Assembly: GCA_963765675.1 (NCBI GenBank)
Contig: CAVXXK010000001.1
Coordinates: forward strand, 1,376,001-1,440,000
Source of the DNA: an uncultured delta proteobacterium
Lineage (GTDB): Bacteria > Desulfobacterota > Binatia > Binatales > Binataceae
DNA: 64,000 nucleotides
Direction of reading: 5' to 3'
Position numbers and translations under genes: made by a program. Of this stretch, positions 49,909-61,541 are shown piece after piece. The stretch's first letter is position 1. Each line of letters opens with the position of its first letter. Under the pieces are notes generated by a model that saw nothing but the letters and a program-made list of their open reading frames with translations, did not search any database and was not told the DNA's origin.

Positions 49909-50427
49909 CTATGCACGATGATGCTTGTGATTGTCGGCGCTTAACTGCGCCGCGCGCGCCATCGCGACTTTGCCCGAGCGCACGATCTCCTTGATCCCGA
50001 GTGGCCGCACCAGCGCGATAAACGCGGTGACCTTTTCGGTGTTACCGGTCAACTCGACGGCCACCGAGTGCGGCCCGATATCGATCACGTGCGCGCGAAA
50101 CGCCTGCACGATCGAATCCAGCTCGGAGCGCGTGCGTTCGTCGACGGCGACCTTGACAATCACCATCTCGCGGTCAACGGTATCGACGCCCTTGAAATCC
50201 GTGACCTTGATCACGGAGACCAGCTTGTTGAGCTGCTTGTTGATCTGCTCGAGGACCTGGTCATCGCCCTCGGCGACCAGGACGATCCGCGAGACGCTGG
50301 TGTCCAGCGGATCGGCGGCGACGGTCAGTGATTCGATGTTGAAGCCGCGGCCGGAAAACAGGCCCGCCACGCGGGCGAGCACGCCGAACTCGTTTTCAAC
50401 CAGGACGGATATAGTGTGACTGGGCAT
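49909..50427 (-). CDS. ilvH: Acetolactate synthase small (regulatory) subunit
   Basis: [47 protein letters not shown]. Confidence 0.95.
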   Translation of the reverse strand: MPSHTISVLVENEFGVLARVAGLFSGRGFNIESLTVAADPLDTSVSRIVLVAEGDDQVLEQINKQLNKLVSVIKVTDFKGVDTVDREMVIVKVAVDERTRSELDSIVQAFRAHVIDIGPHSVAVELTGNTEKVTAFIALVRPLGIKEIVRSGKVAMARAAQLSADNHKHHRA

Positions 50428-50494
50428 GCTATGGGCGTGCTCGCGCGCATCGTGGCACAGAGCGGCTTCGGCAGATCCGGGCTGAGCGAAGAGC

Positions 50495-50725
50495 TCAGCG
50501 GGCGTCGGACTGATAGCGTCCGAGGATCGCCATCATCCGGTCTTTGGAAGCCAGTTTGAGCTTCTGAATGCGCTTTTCCTCGATTTCCTCTGCGTTGGTT
50601 AGATAGTGTTTGCTGCGATATTCCTGGAGTTGGTGTTTGAGCGATTCGTGTTCTTCGAACAGCGCCTTCAGCTCATCGTCGTGGGTCAGATGCTGCCGAA
50701 TGAGTTCTTCCTCTCTGCGCTCCAT
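50495..50725 (-). CDS. DUF465/YdcH-like small coiled-coil protein
   Basis: LFEEHESL..YLTNAEEIEEKRIQKLKLASKDRM; GGAGG SD; expected syntenic position after tsaB. Confidence 0.8.
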   Translation of the reverse strand: MERREEELIRQHLTHDDELKALFEEHESLKHQLQEYRSKHYLTNAEEIEEKRIQKLKLASKDRMMAILGRYQSDAR

Positions 50726-51498
50726 ACGCCCTCCGTTATGGCCTCCGAGGCACCGGCTTTAAGTGCGGCCTCGGCCTGCGGCGGCCGGACATATAGCGGC
50801 TCGAAGGTGTCGAGGCAGTCGGATTCTCCGCGCGCGACGCGCGCCGCACCGAACGCGGCGATATAACGCCCGCGCGTTTCGAGAATCCGAGTGTCTGGTA
50901 CAATCGCTTCGACGCCCTTCTTTTGCAGAAGAGCAGCCGCGTCGTTTGCCTTGGTGTCGCCCGTTAAAATCGCGCCTGGTCCAGGTTCAGCAAGTCTGGT
51001 TATCAAGTGAGCGAGCGGCATCACCAAATCCTGAGATAACTTCTCTAACCCATCAGCCACGATTCGGTAAAGGGCAGTGTAAACCTCGCCCTTGCGAGCG
51101 TCCAGAATCGGGCAGACCATCATTCCGGTCCGCGCGCCCGGATCTTCGAGGGCCGCGAGCGCGATCGCGTCGAGGCTCGGGACCCCGACGATAGCGCATC
51201 CCGCGGCAAACGCGATTCCTTTTGCGTAACTGACGCCGATCCTGAGGCCGGTAAAGGAGCCCGGGCCGATACCGACCGCGACCGCGCCCAGATCGGAAGG
51301 CTTGATACCCGCCGCCGTCAGCAGGTCATCAACCGCACCGGCGAGCGCGGCGCCATGCGCGGTGGACGCGCGCGCGACTTCGCCCGCGATACGCCCGCTC
51401 ACGACGAGCGCGAGGCTGGCAGGTGATGCACCGGTATCGAGGCCGATCACCGCGCGGCCGGCGGCTGCCTGTTGAAGGAGATTTTCAGCCCTGCACAA
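50686..51498 (-). CDS. tsaB: tRNA threonylcarbamoyladenosine biosynthesis protein TsaB
   Basis: IGLDT, GIGPGSFTGLRIG, VPSLDA, LDARKGEVY, EPLYVR; start uncertain (TTG 51498 or GTG 51450). Confidence 0.9.
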   Translation of the reverse strand: MCRAENLLQQAAAGRAVIGLDTGASPASLALVVSGRIAGEVARASTAHGAALAGAVDDLLTAAGIKPSDLGAVAVGIGPGSFTGLRIGVSYAKGIAFAAGCAIVGVPSLDAIALAALEDPGARTGMMVCPILDARKGEVYTALYRIVADGLEKLSQDLVMPLAHLITRLAEPGPGAILTGDTKANDAAALLQKKGVEAIVPDTRILETRGRYIAAFGAARVARGESDCLDTFEPLYVRPPQAEAALKAGASEAITEGVWSAERKNSFGSI

Positions 51499-52879
51499 TA
51501 CGCGCGATGTCATTGAAGATCACAAATGCCATCAACACCACCAGCAGAAACAATCCGACTTGCAGAGCCATCTCGCGATGGCGCAGTGCCAGCGGTTTGC
51601 CGCGAATACCCTCGCACGCGAAAAACAGCAGATGGCCACCGTCGAGCAGCGGCACCGGCAGCAGGTTGATGATTCCGAGCTCGAGACTCAGCATCACGGT
51701 GAACATCGCGACGCTGGCGAAGCCCTGGTGCGCCTCACGTCCGGCGAGCTGGGCGATCATGATCGGTCCGCCCAGCGCCTCGCGCACGGGAGTCGCGCCC
51801 GAGATGATGCTGGCGACTCCTGTGACCAACTGCACCGTCATCGAGGCGGAGGTCGTGACCGCATCGATCGCGGCGTGGTAGGGATTTTCGCGCCTGACAA
51901 TTTCGTCGCCGCGCGACATCACGCCAATAATCCAGCGCTTGGCGGGCGCGCCGAAGATATTCTTTTCGGTCTCGAGCTTGGGGCTGAGCGAAATGAAGGT
52001 GCGCGACGAGGCGGTTGCGTCGTGACGTTCGACTTCGAGCTTGAGCGTAGTTCCCTTGCTGGCTTCGACCCGGTTGGCGAAATCCATCCAGGTCGCGGTC
52101 GGTTGCCCGTCGACCGCGACGATCCGATCGCCGGTGCGAAGGCCGGCCGACGCCGCGGGCAGGCCCGCCTTGATCTCGCCGACGACGGGTTGCACAACCG
52201 GCACGCCGTACATGAAGACGATCCAGAGCAGGATCGGCGCGAAGATTATGTTCGAGGCAGGTCCCGCCAGCACGATCGCAAAGCGCTTCCAGAGCCGCTG
52301 GGAGGGAAAAGCGCGGGCGCGGAACGCGGCGATCAGGGAATCGGGAGGATTATCGCGCAGCGCGGCGCGCGCAGCTTCCAGAGTGGGGTCCATCCGCAGC
52401 CGATTTACCAGCGCGGCTTCTTCGGGCTTGATTTCGCGGCCCAGAATCGCGACCGCGTTCGATTCGCTGACAGGCGCGGCGGCGGTGTTGCCGAACGCTA
52501 CGGACGAGGGTTCGCCGACGAGCTGGCGGGCGATGTTTTGTACCTGAGCGTCGAAGCTGCCGCGGGCGATCGCGGTGCCGTGGAGACGCGCGGCGTCAAC
52601 CAGGTCGTGGCCGAGTTCGGTGATGAAGGTTTCGAGCTCTTCGGACTTGGGCTCCTCGCCAACTTCGTCGCCGAGCATGCGCACGTAACCGCCCAGAGGA
52701 GTTGCGCCGATTTGATATTCGGTCTCGCCGCGCCTGATCGCAAACAATTTCGGCGGGTACCCGATCGAGAAACGCAGCACCCGCACGCCGAGCTGTTTCG
52801 CCATCGCGAAGTGGCCGGCCTCGTGGACGATAACCAGAAGGCCGAGAATAACCACGGCCGCAACGATAGAAGTCAGCAT
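51485..52879 (-). CDS. rseP: RIP metalloprotease RseP
   Basis: HEAGH, FSIG, PLGGYVRM, AGPASN, one PDZ domain, NLLPVPLLDGGH. Confidence 0.93.
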   Translation of the reverse strand: MLTSIVAAVVILGLLVIVHEAGHFAMAKQLGVRVLRFSIGYPPKLFAIRRGETEYQIGATPLGGYVRMLGDEVGEEPKSEELETFITELGHDLVDAARLHGTAIARGSFDAQVQNIARQLVGEPSSVAFGNTAAAPVSESNAVAILGREIKPEEAALVNRLRMDPTLEAARAALRDNPPDSLIAAFRARAFPSQRLWKRFAIVLAGPASNIIFAPILLWIVFMYGVPVVQPVVGEIKAGLPAASAGLRTGDRIVAVDGQPTATWMDFANRVEASKGTTLKLEVERHDATASSRTFISLSPKLETEKNIFGAPAKRWIIGVMSRGDEIVRRENPYHAAIDAVTTSASMTVQLVTGVASIISGATPVREALGGPIMIAQLAGREAHQGFASVAMFTVMLSLELGIINLLPVPLLDGGHLLFFACEGIRGKPLALRHREMALQVGLFLLVVLMAFVIFNDIARIVQG

Positions 52880-52934
52880 AGAACTCCAGTACAGGGTTGA
52901 TCAGGCAGAAGCTGCCTGCGGTCCCAGCACAGCA

Positions 52935-53723
52935 TCACCTAAGACAATAGTAGGTGAAGACTGCCGCGAAGACTAGGCTGCAGGTACGGTCTATGAGTCC
53001 GCCATGGCCCGGAAAGATCCAGCCGGAGTCCTTGACTCCGGCGGTCCGCTTGAAGGCCGATCCCGCCAGATCGCCGGCCTGGGCGAGAATCGCGATCGCG
53101 GCCGAAATTGCGGCGATTGCGGCGATGCTCCAGCCGGGCGCGAGCCATCGACGCAGGATTATGCCCGCTATCACGGCTGCGACCAGGCCGCCGATCGCGC
53201 CCTCGAACGATTTTTTCGGACTCACTCGTGGCGCGAGCTTGGTGCGTCCGATCGCGGAGCCAACGAAATATGCGCCGCTGTCGCTTGCGACCACGAGCAG
53301 CAGCATCAGGATGATCGTCGGGATACCGCCGCGCAGATTCCGGAGCATCGCGAAGTACGGATACAGCACGCCGACATAGAGTGCGCCGAGCGCGGCGAGA
53401 ATCGGGCCGCCGGGGCCTCCCGCAGGGCCGCGCATCGCGACCGCGACCACCAGCCAGAGCATCGCAACGATTACGGCGACCGGGATGATCCACAAACCGC
53501 CGTCGCCGAGAGCGAGAAGGATGAATAGTGGCGCGGCGCCGGCGACCGCGAGGATCGCGATCGAGCGAGGATCACGCGAATGGGTCATCGCGGCGATTTC
53601 GTAAAGTCCCCAGAGTCCGAGAATGGCGATAAACGCGGCGAAGGCTCCGTCGGGCGCGAAGATTACGATCGCCAGAACGACAGGCAGCGCCACCGCAGCG
53701 GTCAGGAGCCTGGTGGTCAGCAC
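52935..53723 (-). CDS. cdsA: Phosphatidate cytidylyltransferase
   Basis: DSGAYFVG, VSPKKSFEG, GDL..FKRTAGVKDSG..PGHGGLIDR. Confidence 0.93.
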   Translation of the reverse strand: MLTTRLLTAAVALPVVLAIVIFAPDGAFAAFIAILGLWGLYEIAAMTHSRDPRSIAILAVAGAAPLFILLALGDGGLWIIPVAVIVAMLWLVVAVAMRGPAGGPGGPILAALGALYVGVLYPYFAMLRNLRGGIPTIILMLLLVVASDSGAYFVGSAIGRTKLAPRVSPKKSFEGAIGGLVAAVIAGIILRRWLAPGWSIAAIAAISAAIAILAQAGDLAGSAFKRTAGVKDSGWIFPGHGGLIDRTCSLVFAAVFTYYCLR

Positions 53724-53756
53724 GCGAGGAGATTTCCTAAAAAGGCATTCGCGCCG

Positions 53757-54515
53757 CTAGCCCGGAGTGACGTTGCCGAAACGGCGCTCGCGCGCCTGGT
53801 AGGCGGCCAGCGCGCTCAGGAACTCGCGCTCGCGGAAGTCGGGCCACAGAGTGTCGGTGAAATAGAGTTCCGTGTAGGCGAGCTGAAACAGAAAAAAATT
53901 CGAGATGCGCAACTCGCCCGAGGTGCGGATGAGCAGGTCGGGATCGGGCATCGAGGCGGTGGTGAGCGCGCTATCGACCGCGGCCGAATCGATCTGGTCG
54001 GCAGTTATCTCGCCCGCCGCGACCTTGGCCGCAAGCTTTCTGACCGCGGCGACGACATCCTGGCGACCGCCGTAGGAGAGCGCGAGCGCGACTGTCATGT
54101 CGCGGTTATCGCGGGTGGTCTCAACCGCTTCAGCCAGCACCTGGCGCAGGCGCGGGGGCAATCGGTCGGTGTCGCCGAGCGCGAGGATGCGGATTCCGCG
54201 TTTCATCATCCGCTTGGTTTCGGTGAGCAGATAGCGATGCAGCAGGCGCATCAGGAAATCGACTTCCGTCGTCGGGCGCGCCCAGTTCTCGGCCGAGAAC
54301 GCGAACAGCGTCAGGTAGGGGATGCCGAGCTCGCGCGCGGCTTCGACCACGGCGCGCACGGAATCTTTGGCGCGGCGATGGCCCTCGTTGCGGGCGAGTC
54401 CGCGGCGGCGCGCCCAGCGGCCGTTGCCGTCCATCACGATCGCGACGTGGCGCGGCAGGCGCGCGGGATCGCGCGAGAGCTGGGGGAAATCGTTTAGTGG
54501 GAGTGAGATTGCCAC
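53757..54515 (-). CDS. uppS: Undecaprenyl diphosphate synthase
   Basis: HVAIVMDGNGRWA, FSAENW.RP, SYGGR, DLLIRTSGE.RISNF. Confidence 0.96.
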   Translation of the reverse strand: MAISLPLNDFPQLSRDPARLPRHVAIVMDGNGRWARRRGLARNEGHRRAKDSVRAVVEAARELGIPYLTLFAFSAENWARPTTEVDFLMRLLHRYLLTETKRMMKRGIRILALGDTDRLPPRLRQVLAEAVETTRDNRDMTVALALSYGGRQDVVAAVRKLAAKVAAGEITADQIDSAAVDSALTTASMPDPDLLIRTSGELRISNFFLFQLAYTELYFTDTLWPDFREREFLSALAAYQARERRFGNVTPG

Positions 54516-54572
54516 GGAATATGCGAGCGCAAGGTGCGGGCGGATAACCCGCGCTTCCAGGTCCGGCTCGGT

Positions 54573-55130
54573 TCAGACCTCCATGATCTCGGCTTCCTTG
54601 GCTTGCAGGACTTTATCGATCTTCTCGATGAACTCGGTGGTGAACCCCTGGACCTTGGTCTCGGCGGCGCGCAGATCGTCGTCCGCGATCTGCTTGTCCT
54701 TGTGCAGTTCCTTCAGCATGTCGTTGGCGTCACGGCGATGGTTGCGCACGCCGACGCGGAATTCCTCGGCGATCTTGCGTACGTGCTTGACGAGGTCCTT
54801 GCGCCGATCCTCGGTCAGCTCGGGCAGCGGGATTCGGATCACCTTGCCGTCATTCATCGGATTGAGGCCCAAGTCGGAAGTCTGGATCGCCTTTTCGATA
54901 TCGTGCATCGCGCCCTTGTCGTAGGGCGTGATCACGATCAAGCGCGGCTCGGGCGCGGCGAGTCCGGCCAACTGGCGCATCGGGGTTTTAGCGCCGTAGT
55001 AATTCACTTGCAGATTTTCGACCAGCGCGGTCGACGCGCGCCCCGTGCGCACGCGCGAGAGTTCATGGCGGAAGGCCTCGACGGACTTCTCCATCTCCTT
55101 ATGCGCAAGATCGATGACTTCGCCGGTCAC
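54573..55130 (-). CDS. frr: Ribosome recycling factor
   Basis: [37 protein letters not shown]. Confidence 0.97.
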   Translation of the reverse strand: MTGEVIDLAHKEMEKSVEAFRHELSRVRTGRASTALVENLQVNYYGAKTPMRQLAGLAAPEPRLIVITPYDKGAMHDIEKAIQTSDLGLNPMNDGKVIRIPLPELTEDRRKDLVKHVRKIAEEFRVGVRNHRRDANDMLKELHKDKQIADDDLRAAETKVQGFTTEFIEKIDKVLQAKEAEIMEV

Positions 55131-55879
55131 GCGCTTTCCACCCAGGTGCCGATCGGTTCACCCATCACGGCCCTTCTTATATTACCCGGTTTGCGCAAAT
55201 TGAAAACGACTATGGGTAGATGGTTATCCATGCACATCGAGATGGCGGTCGAGTCCATCACCTTGAGATTCTTCTGCAGGACGTCGAGATAGGTCAGGCG
55301 GTCGAAGCGTTTGGCGCCCGGCTCGCGCACCGGATCGCGGTCATAGACGCCGTCAACGGTGTGGCTGGCCTTCAGAATCACCTGGGCGCCGATTTCGAGC
55401 GCGCGCAGGCTGGCGGCGGTATCGGTAGTGAAATACGGATTTCCGGTGCCGGCGGCGAAAATTACGACGCGTCCCTTCTCCAGGTGACGCACCGCGCGGC
55501 GCAGGATATACGGCTCGGCGACGGCCTGCATCGCGACCGCGGAGAGCACGCGAGTGCTGACGCCGACGTGCTCGAGCGCGTTCTGCAGGGCCAGGGCGTT
55601 GATCACGGTGCCGAGCATGCCCATCTGGTCGGCGGTCGAGCGATCCATGCCGCGCGCCTCGTAGTCGGAGCCGCGGATAAAGTTGCCGGCGCCGATCACG
55701 ATCGCGAGCTCGATCTGGAGGACGGCGATTTCCTTGACCTCGAGCGCGAACTTCGCCAGCACGTCGAGGTCGATGCCGCCCTGATTGTCCTGGGCGAGCG
55801 CCTGCCCGGAGAGCTTGAGCAGAACGCGATTGAAGTGGGGCTTGGCGCCCGCGGATCTGTCAACCTCGTCCATCGCCAT
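55127..55879 (-). CDS. pyrH: UMP kinase
   Basis: [36 protein letters not shown]. Confidence 0.96.
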   Translation of the reverse strand: MAMDEVDRSAGAKPHFNRVLLKLSGQALAQDNQGGIDLDVLAKFALEVKEIAVLQIELAIVIGAGNFIRGSDYEARGMDRSTADQMGMLGTVINALALQNALEHVGVSTRVLSAVAMQAVAEPYILRRAVRHLEKGRVVIFAAGTGNPYFTTDTAASLRALEIGAQVILKASHTVDGVYDRDPVREPGAKRFDRLTYLDVLQKNLKVMDSTAISMCMDNHLPIVVFNLRKPGNIRRAVMGEPIGTWVESA

Positions 55880-55932
55880 CGTTACTCCTGGGCTCTGGCT
55901 GTCGGCGTTTCTCCAAGGAAGCCGGATCGCGA

Positions 55933-56559
55933 TCAGTTGATTTCGGCCTCTTTGTTTTCGCCGAGCTGAAAGCGCACGAAGCGGCGCACGTCAATCTTTT
56001 CTTTGAGCTTGGCGCCGAACTCGAGCACCAGGTCGTTGATGGTGCGGTTCGGGTCGCGCACGTAGCTCTGCTCGAGCAGGCAGATGTCCTTGAGGAATTT
56101 CTCCATCTTGCCTTCGACGATCTTGGTGATCACGGCCTCGGGCTTGCCTGAGGCTTGCGCCTGCTGCGCGTAGATCTGGCGCTCCTGCTCGGCGATTTCG
56201 GGGGGAAGGTCCTCGCGGCGCACGACGCGCGGATTAGCCGCCGCCACCTGCATCGCGATTTCCTTGACCAGGGTCTGGAAGTCGTCGGTCTTGGCGACGA
56301 AATCGCTCTCGCAATTCACCTCGACCAGCACGCCCAGCTTGCCGCCCGCGTGAATATAGCTGCCGACGGAGCCCTCGGAAGCTTTGCGGTCCGCGCGTTT
56401 GGCGGCCTGCATGATTCCGTTCTCATGCAGCCAAGCGGTGGCCTTTTCGAGGTCGCCATTGGCCTCGGCCAGGGCCTTTTTGCAATCCATCACACCCGCG
56501 CCGGTCTTGTCGCGGAGTTCTTTTACGGTTGAGGGTTTGACTTCCATTTGAGCTGGCAC
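55933..56559 (-). CDS. tsf: Elongation factor Ts (short form)
   Basis: [39 protein letters not shown]. Confidence 0.96.
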   Translation of the reverse strand: MPAQMEVKPSTVKELRDKTGAGVMDCKKALAEANGDLEKATAWLHENGIMQAAKRADRKASEGSVGSYIHAGGKLGVLVEVNCESDFVAKTDDFQTLVKEIAMQVAAANPRVVRREDLPPEIAEQERQIYAQQAQASGKPEAVITKIVEGKMEKFLKDICLLEQSYVRDPNRTINDLVLEFGAKLKEKIDVRRFVRFQLGENKEAEIN

Positions 56560-56646
56560 CGCGGATTTAAGTTGCGGGTTCGCGCCCGGGACCGATTGGT
56601 TCGAATCGGGCGCGAGCGGTTATCCCGCTTAAGTTTTCTTCGTGCG

Positions 56647-57414
56647 TTAAACTGCGCTGGGCGATTCCGGCGCGGGTCCGCTGTCGCGATCCGCGGAGTC
56701 GTCCTGCTGGCCCTTCTGGCGCTCCTCGGCGAGCTGCTTGCCTTCGAGGATCGCGTCGGCGACGGCGGCGGTGAACAGCTTGATCGCGCGGATCGCGTCG
56801 TCGTTGCCGGGAATCCGGTACGAGATCAGGTCGGGGTCGCAATTGGTATCGACCACCGCCGCGACCGGAATTCCGAGCCGCTTGGCCTCGGCGACCGCGA
56901 TATCTTCCTTCTTGGTATCGATGACCCAGAGCGCGTCCGGCAACTTGCGCATGTTCTTGATTCCGCCGAGCACGGACATCAGCTTCGCGTGCTCGCGGCC
57001 GTTGTCGCTCATTTCCTTTTTGGTCAGAGCGCGCGCCATCTCGGGGTCGGAGAGAATTTCTTCGAGCTTCTTGAGCCGGTCGATCGAGGCGCGAATCGTC
57101 TGGAAGTTGGTCAGCATCCCGCCGAGCCAGCGGTTGTTGACATAGAACATTCCGCAGCGTTCGGCTTCTTCCTTAACGATATCCTGCGCCTGCTTCTTGG
57201 TGCCGACAAACAGCATCGTGCCGCCCTGGGCGGCGAGGTCGCGCGCGAAATCGAAGGTCGCGCGGAACATGCGGACGGTCTGCTGCAGATCGATAATGTA
57301 AATCCCGTTGCGGGCGCCGAAGATGTAGGGTTTCATCTTCGGATTCCAGCGGCTGGTCTGATGGCCGAAATGGACCCCGGCCTCCAGGAGCTGCTTCATG
57401 CTGATCTCGGTCAT
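56647..57414 (-). CDS. rpsB: 30S ribosomal protein S2
   Basis: [53 protein letters not shown]. Confidence 0.97.
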   Translation of the reverse strand: MTEISMKQLLEAGVHFGHQTSRWNPKMKPYIFGARNGIYIIDLQQTVRMFRATFDFARDLAAQGGTMLFVGTKKQAQDIVKEEAERCGMFYVNNRWLGGMLTNFQTIRASIDRLKKLEEILSDPEMARALTKKEMSDNGREHAKLMSVLGGIKNMRKLPDALWVIDTKKEDIAVAEAKRLGIPVAAVVDTNCDPDLISYRIPGNDDAIRAIKLFTAAVADAILEGKQLAEERQKGQQDDSADRDSGPAPESPSAV

Positions 57415-57677
57415 AGCGTTATTGTTAAACCTCGCAAAAGTTACGCGCCGCGCCCCTATGTTGGAGCAATCGTCCAGTATTATAGATTGCCGCCCGTGGG
57501 TCAAAGGATGGGGAGACGCGGCGGTTGCGGGTGCTCGCGGGCGGACGAGCCGTCCGCCTCCACTGACAGAAAGAAGATGTCAGAGGGCCTCGGTCTCGGC
57601 GGCCCTTTGGCGCGAGAGGCGCGCGACCGGCGGGACACCGGTCCTACTGGCGGAGAAAAGCGAACGACACCCGCGCG

Positions 57678-59048
<1,371 letters not shown>

Positions 59049-59325
59049 GTGCCTTCCCCGCAAAACTGCCTCACTATTTATGCTGGATTTCCGCGCGCCC
59101 GCCGATTGCGGCGACGCGGGTTTGGATACTTCATTCGGAAAGGTTTTCCGCCCAGCGGAATACCTTAAGTAGTTCACTTGCTCCAAGCGGCCGGGAATCA
59201 GAACAGAGACTCAGAAAGTTCGGGAACTCGGGCCGCTCAAGCGAGAGGTATCTTCTCCTCCACCCCGCCACAGCGTCCTTGGTGCGGAAGCTCACCATAG
59301 ACGCTAACTGGCCGATGCGCTCGTG

Positions 59326-60345
59326 TCAACGGTGATCATTCGATTTCAATCCATCGACGCAGTGTCGGCGAGACCGCGACGAAATTCCGCGCGCGGTGAG
59401 ATATTGCGCGAAATCCCCGGGCGGCGGCGCGATAAATTCGAGCTCGGCGCGCGAGCGCGGATGCGCGATCTTGAGCGCCAATGCGTGCAGCGCGTGGCGC
59501 TCGAATGAAGCTGCGGCGCCGCGCTTCGATGCGCCGCCATAAAGATTGTCGCCGAGACACGGATGCCCGATCGACGCGAGATGAACGCGAATCTGATGCG
59601 TGCGGCCGGTCTCCGGACGGATCCGGACGAGCGTCGCGCCGAGCTCGTCGCGTGACTGTGGTTTGAAGCGTGCGAGCACGGAGACATGGCTGGTAGCCTC
59701 GCGCGGGTTGTGCGACGCGATCGACATCCGTTTGCGCTCGACAGGATGGCGCCCGATCGCGCGCGCGATCGTTTGCCGATCCTTGGCGACGATGCCGCGC
59801 ACGATCGCGAGATAGATCTTGCGCACCGTGCGATCCTTGAACTCCCGCGACAGCGCCGTGCGCGCAAACGGAGTGCGCGCGACGATCATCACGCCCGAAG
59901 TTTCTTTGTCCAGGCGATGCACGATTCCGGGGCGCAGCACGCCGTCAGGCTCCGCCATCGCGGCCAGCTCCGGAAAGCGCGCCAGGAGTGCGTCGACGAG
60001 CGTCGCATCAGGATGCCCCGGCGCGGGATGCACGGTCATCCCGGCGGCTTTGTTGACGACGATTATTTCCGCGTCGGCGAAAAGCACGTCGATAGCGGGA
60101 GCATCGCCGGTCGACTGATGAGGCTCGGGTGCGAGCGGCGGTGCAATCGCGATCGCGTCTCCGGCGCGTACCGCGGATGCGGCCCGTGCTGCGGCGCCAT
60201 TGACGGTGACGAGGCCGGCCTTGATCATCCGCGCAACCTGCGAGCGCGAGTACTCCGGCGCAAGGTGCGCGGAGATGAAAACATCGAGCCGCATCCCGGC
60301 ATGCAGGGGTTCCACGGTGAAGGTGTGTTTTGGGTTAGGTAGCAC
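59326..60345 (-). CDS. rluD: RluA/RluD family pseudouridine synthase with S4 domain
   Basis: RLD..SRS S4 domain, VNKAAGM.VHP, RPGIVHRLDKETSG, TGRTHQIRVH, ALHA. Confidence 0.92.
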   Translation of the reverse strand: MLPNPKHTFTVEPLHAGMRLDVFISAHLAPEYSRSQVARMIKAGLVTVNGAAARAASAVRAGDAIAIAPPLAPEPHQSTGDAPAIDVLFADAEIIVVNKAAGMTVHPAPGHPDATLVDALLARFPELAAMAEPDGVLRPGIVHRLDKETSGVMIVARTPFARTALSREFKDRTVRKIYLAIVRGIVAKDRQTIARAIGRHPVERKRMSIASHNPREATSHVSVLARFKPQSRDELGATLVRIRPETGRTHQIRVHLASIGHPCLGDNLYGGASKRGAAASFERHALHALALKIAHPRSRAELEFIAPPPGDFAQYLTARGISSRSRRHCVDGLKSNDHR

Positions 60346-60413
60346 TGATCGATTTGGTTACTTGCAGTTCTGCGAAACCAATCACTTGAAGGAGGCTGTC
60401 GAGGTTCTCAGAA

Positions 60414-60435
60414 CACAGGCTGAAGCCTGTGCCAC
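60414..60435. repeat. GTGGCACAGGCTTCAGCCTGTG-type REP palindrome
   Basis: Reverse complement matches 46485-46506 with one mismatch. Confidence 0.7.
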
Positions 60436-60507
60436 TTAACAACCTTTCCAGAATTGAATTCCTTGGAAGCGGTGACGATTCGATTTGTTCGCAAATTTCC
60501 AACTCTT

Positions 60508-60624
60508 GTCATCCTGAGCCAGAGGCGAAGGATCTCCGCGAAGCGATTAGTACAACCAGCGTGGATTTCCGCACTAATCGCTGCGCGGAGATCCTTCACT
60601 GCGGCAACCTCCGTTCAGGATGAC
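60508..60624. repeat. Palindromic MITE/REPIN-like element, inverted copy of 37289-37407
   Basis: Same GTCATCCTGA/TCAGGATGAC ends and GAAGGATCTCCGCGAAGCGATTAGT arms. Confidence 0.88.
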
Positions 60625-60645
60625 GGACGCGTGCTATGGATGCGA

Positions 60646-60867
60646 TCACTGTGGCGCGGGTGTTGCTGCGGGCGGCGGCGGGGTCGAGGGCGTGCAGTTC
60701 TCGTTCGAGGTGTCGATCATCGCAAGCCCGTAGCTGGTCTTCTGACAGTTCTCGCCGGAAACGCCATTGGTTGGACGTGAGTAGTACCAGCACGACGACA
60801 GCGCGGTTGCAGCGGCGGCGATGATCAACAATTTCGAGGTCCGGAAAATCGGTGCGCGGGTTCTCAT
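60646..60867 (-). CDS. Small putative lipoprotein
   Basis: Basic N-terminus, hydrophobic stretch, lipobox LSSC, two more Cys and a Pro/Ala tail. Confidence 0.6.
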   Translation of the reverse strand: MRTRAPIFRTSKLLIIAAAATALSSCWYYSRPTNGVSGENCQKTSYGLAMIDTSNENCTPSTPPPPAATPAPQ

Positions 60868-60919
60868 GGCAGGCTTACCCCTTTGCGTTCATCGCGCTTG
60901 CGGCAGTCTGCGCGGACGG

Positions 60920-61525
60920 TTACGGCTGCCGATAGGGGACGGGATGCGCGGCTTCATATGCGGTGATCGCTTTTTCGTGCGCGAACGTGAGCGCGATATC
61001 ATCCAACCCCTCGAGCAGGCATTTCTTGACGAACGGGTCGATCTCGAAATGCGCGGTCCATCCGAAATCGTCGCTGACCGTCTGCGCCTCGAGATCGATA
61101 CTCAGATGATACCCCTCATACTTCGCGATTGCGCGAAAAATCTGGTCGATCTCCTCGGGCTTGAGCGTGACCGGAAGGAGCCCGTTCTTGAACGAGTTAT
61201 TGTGAAAAATGTCGGCGTACGATGATCCGATCACGGCGCGGAAACCCGCGTCGGCCAGCGCCCACACCGCATGCTCGCGCGACGAGCCATTGCCGAAGTT
61301 GGCGCGCGCCACCAGAATCGAGGCGCCTTCATAGCGCGGCTTGTTGAGCACGAAATCCGGATCGGGCGAGCCGTCGGGACGCCGGCGCCAGTCGAAAAAC
61401 AGCCCCTTCTTGAGCCCGCTTCTGACGACCGCTTTCAGGAACTGCTTGGGGATGATTTGGTCGGTATCGACGTTCGAGCGATCAAGCGGCGCGACCAATC
61501 CGGTGAAGTTTTTGAATTTCTGCAT
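60920..61525 (-). CDS. leuD: 3-isopropylmalate dehydratase small subunit
   Basis: [46 protein letters not shown]. Confidence 0.96.
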   Translation of the reverse strand: MQKFKNFTGLVAPLDRSNVDTDQIIPKQFLKAVVRSGLKKGLFFDWRRRPDGSPDPDFVLNKPRYEGASILVARANFGNGSSREHAVWALADAGFRAVIGSSYADIFHNNSFKNGLLPVTLKPEEIDQIFRAIAKYEGYHLSIDLEAQTVSDDFGWTAHFEIDPFVKKCLLEGLDDIALTFAHEKAITAYEAAHPVPYRQP

Positions 61526-61541
61526 GTTTCCTGCGCTCCGG

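Noticed and set aside
55933-56559. EF-Ts shorter than the E. coli protein
   Set aside because: Short EF-Ts of about 200 aa is a known normal form in several phyla.
57476-57504. TTGACC...TATAAT promoter for rpsB
   Set aside because: The spacer is only 14 nt; the -10 may be real but the pairing is not supportable.
59326-59400. Possible third frameshift at the rluD C-terminus (alternative frame VAVSPTLRRWIEIE)
   Set aside because: All conserved motifs lie upstream; the tail is variable and cannot be judged without homologues.
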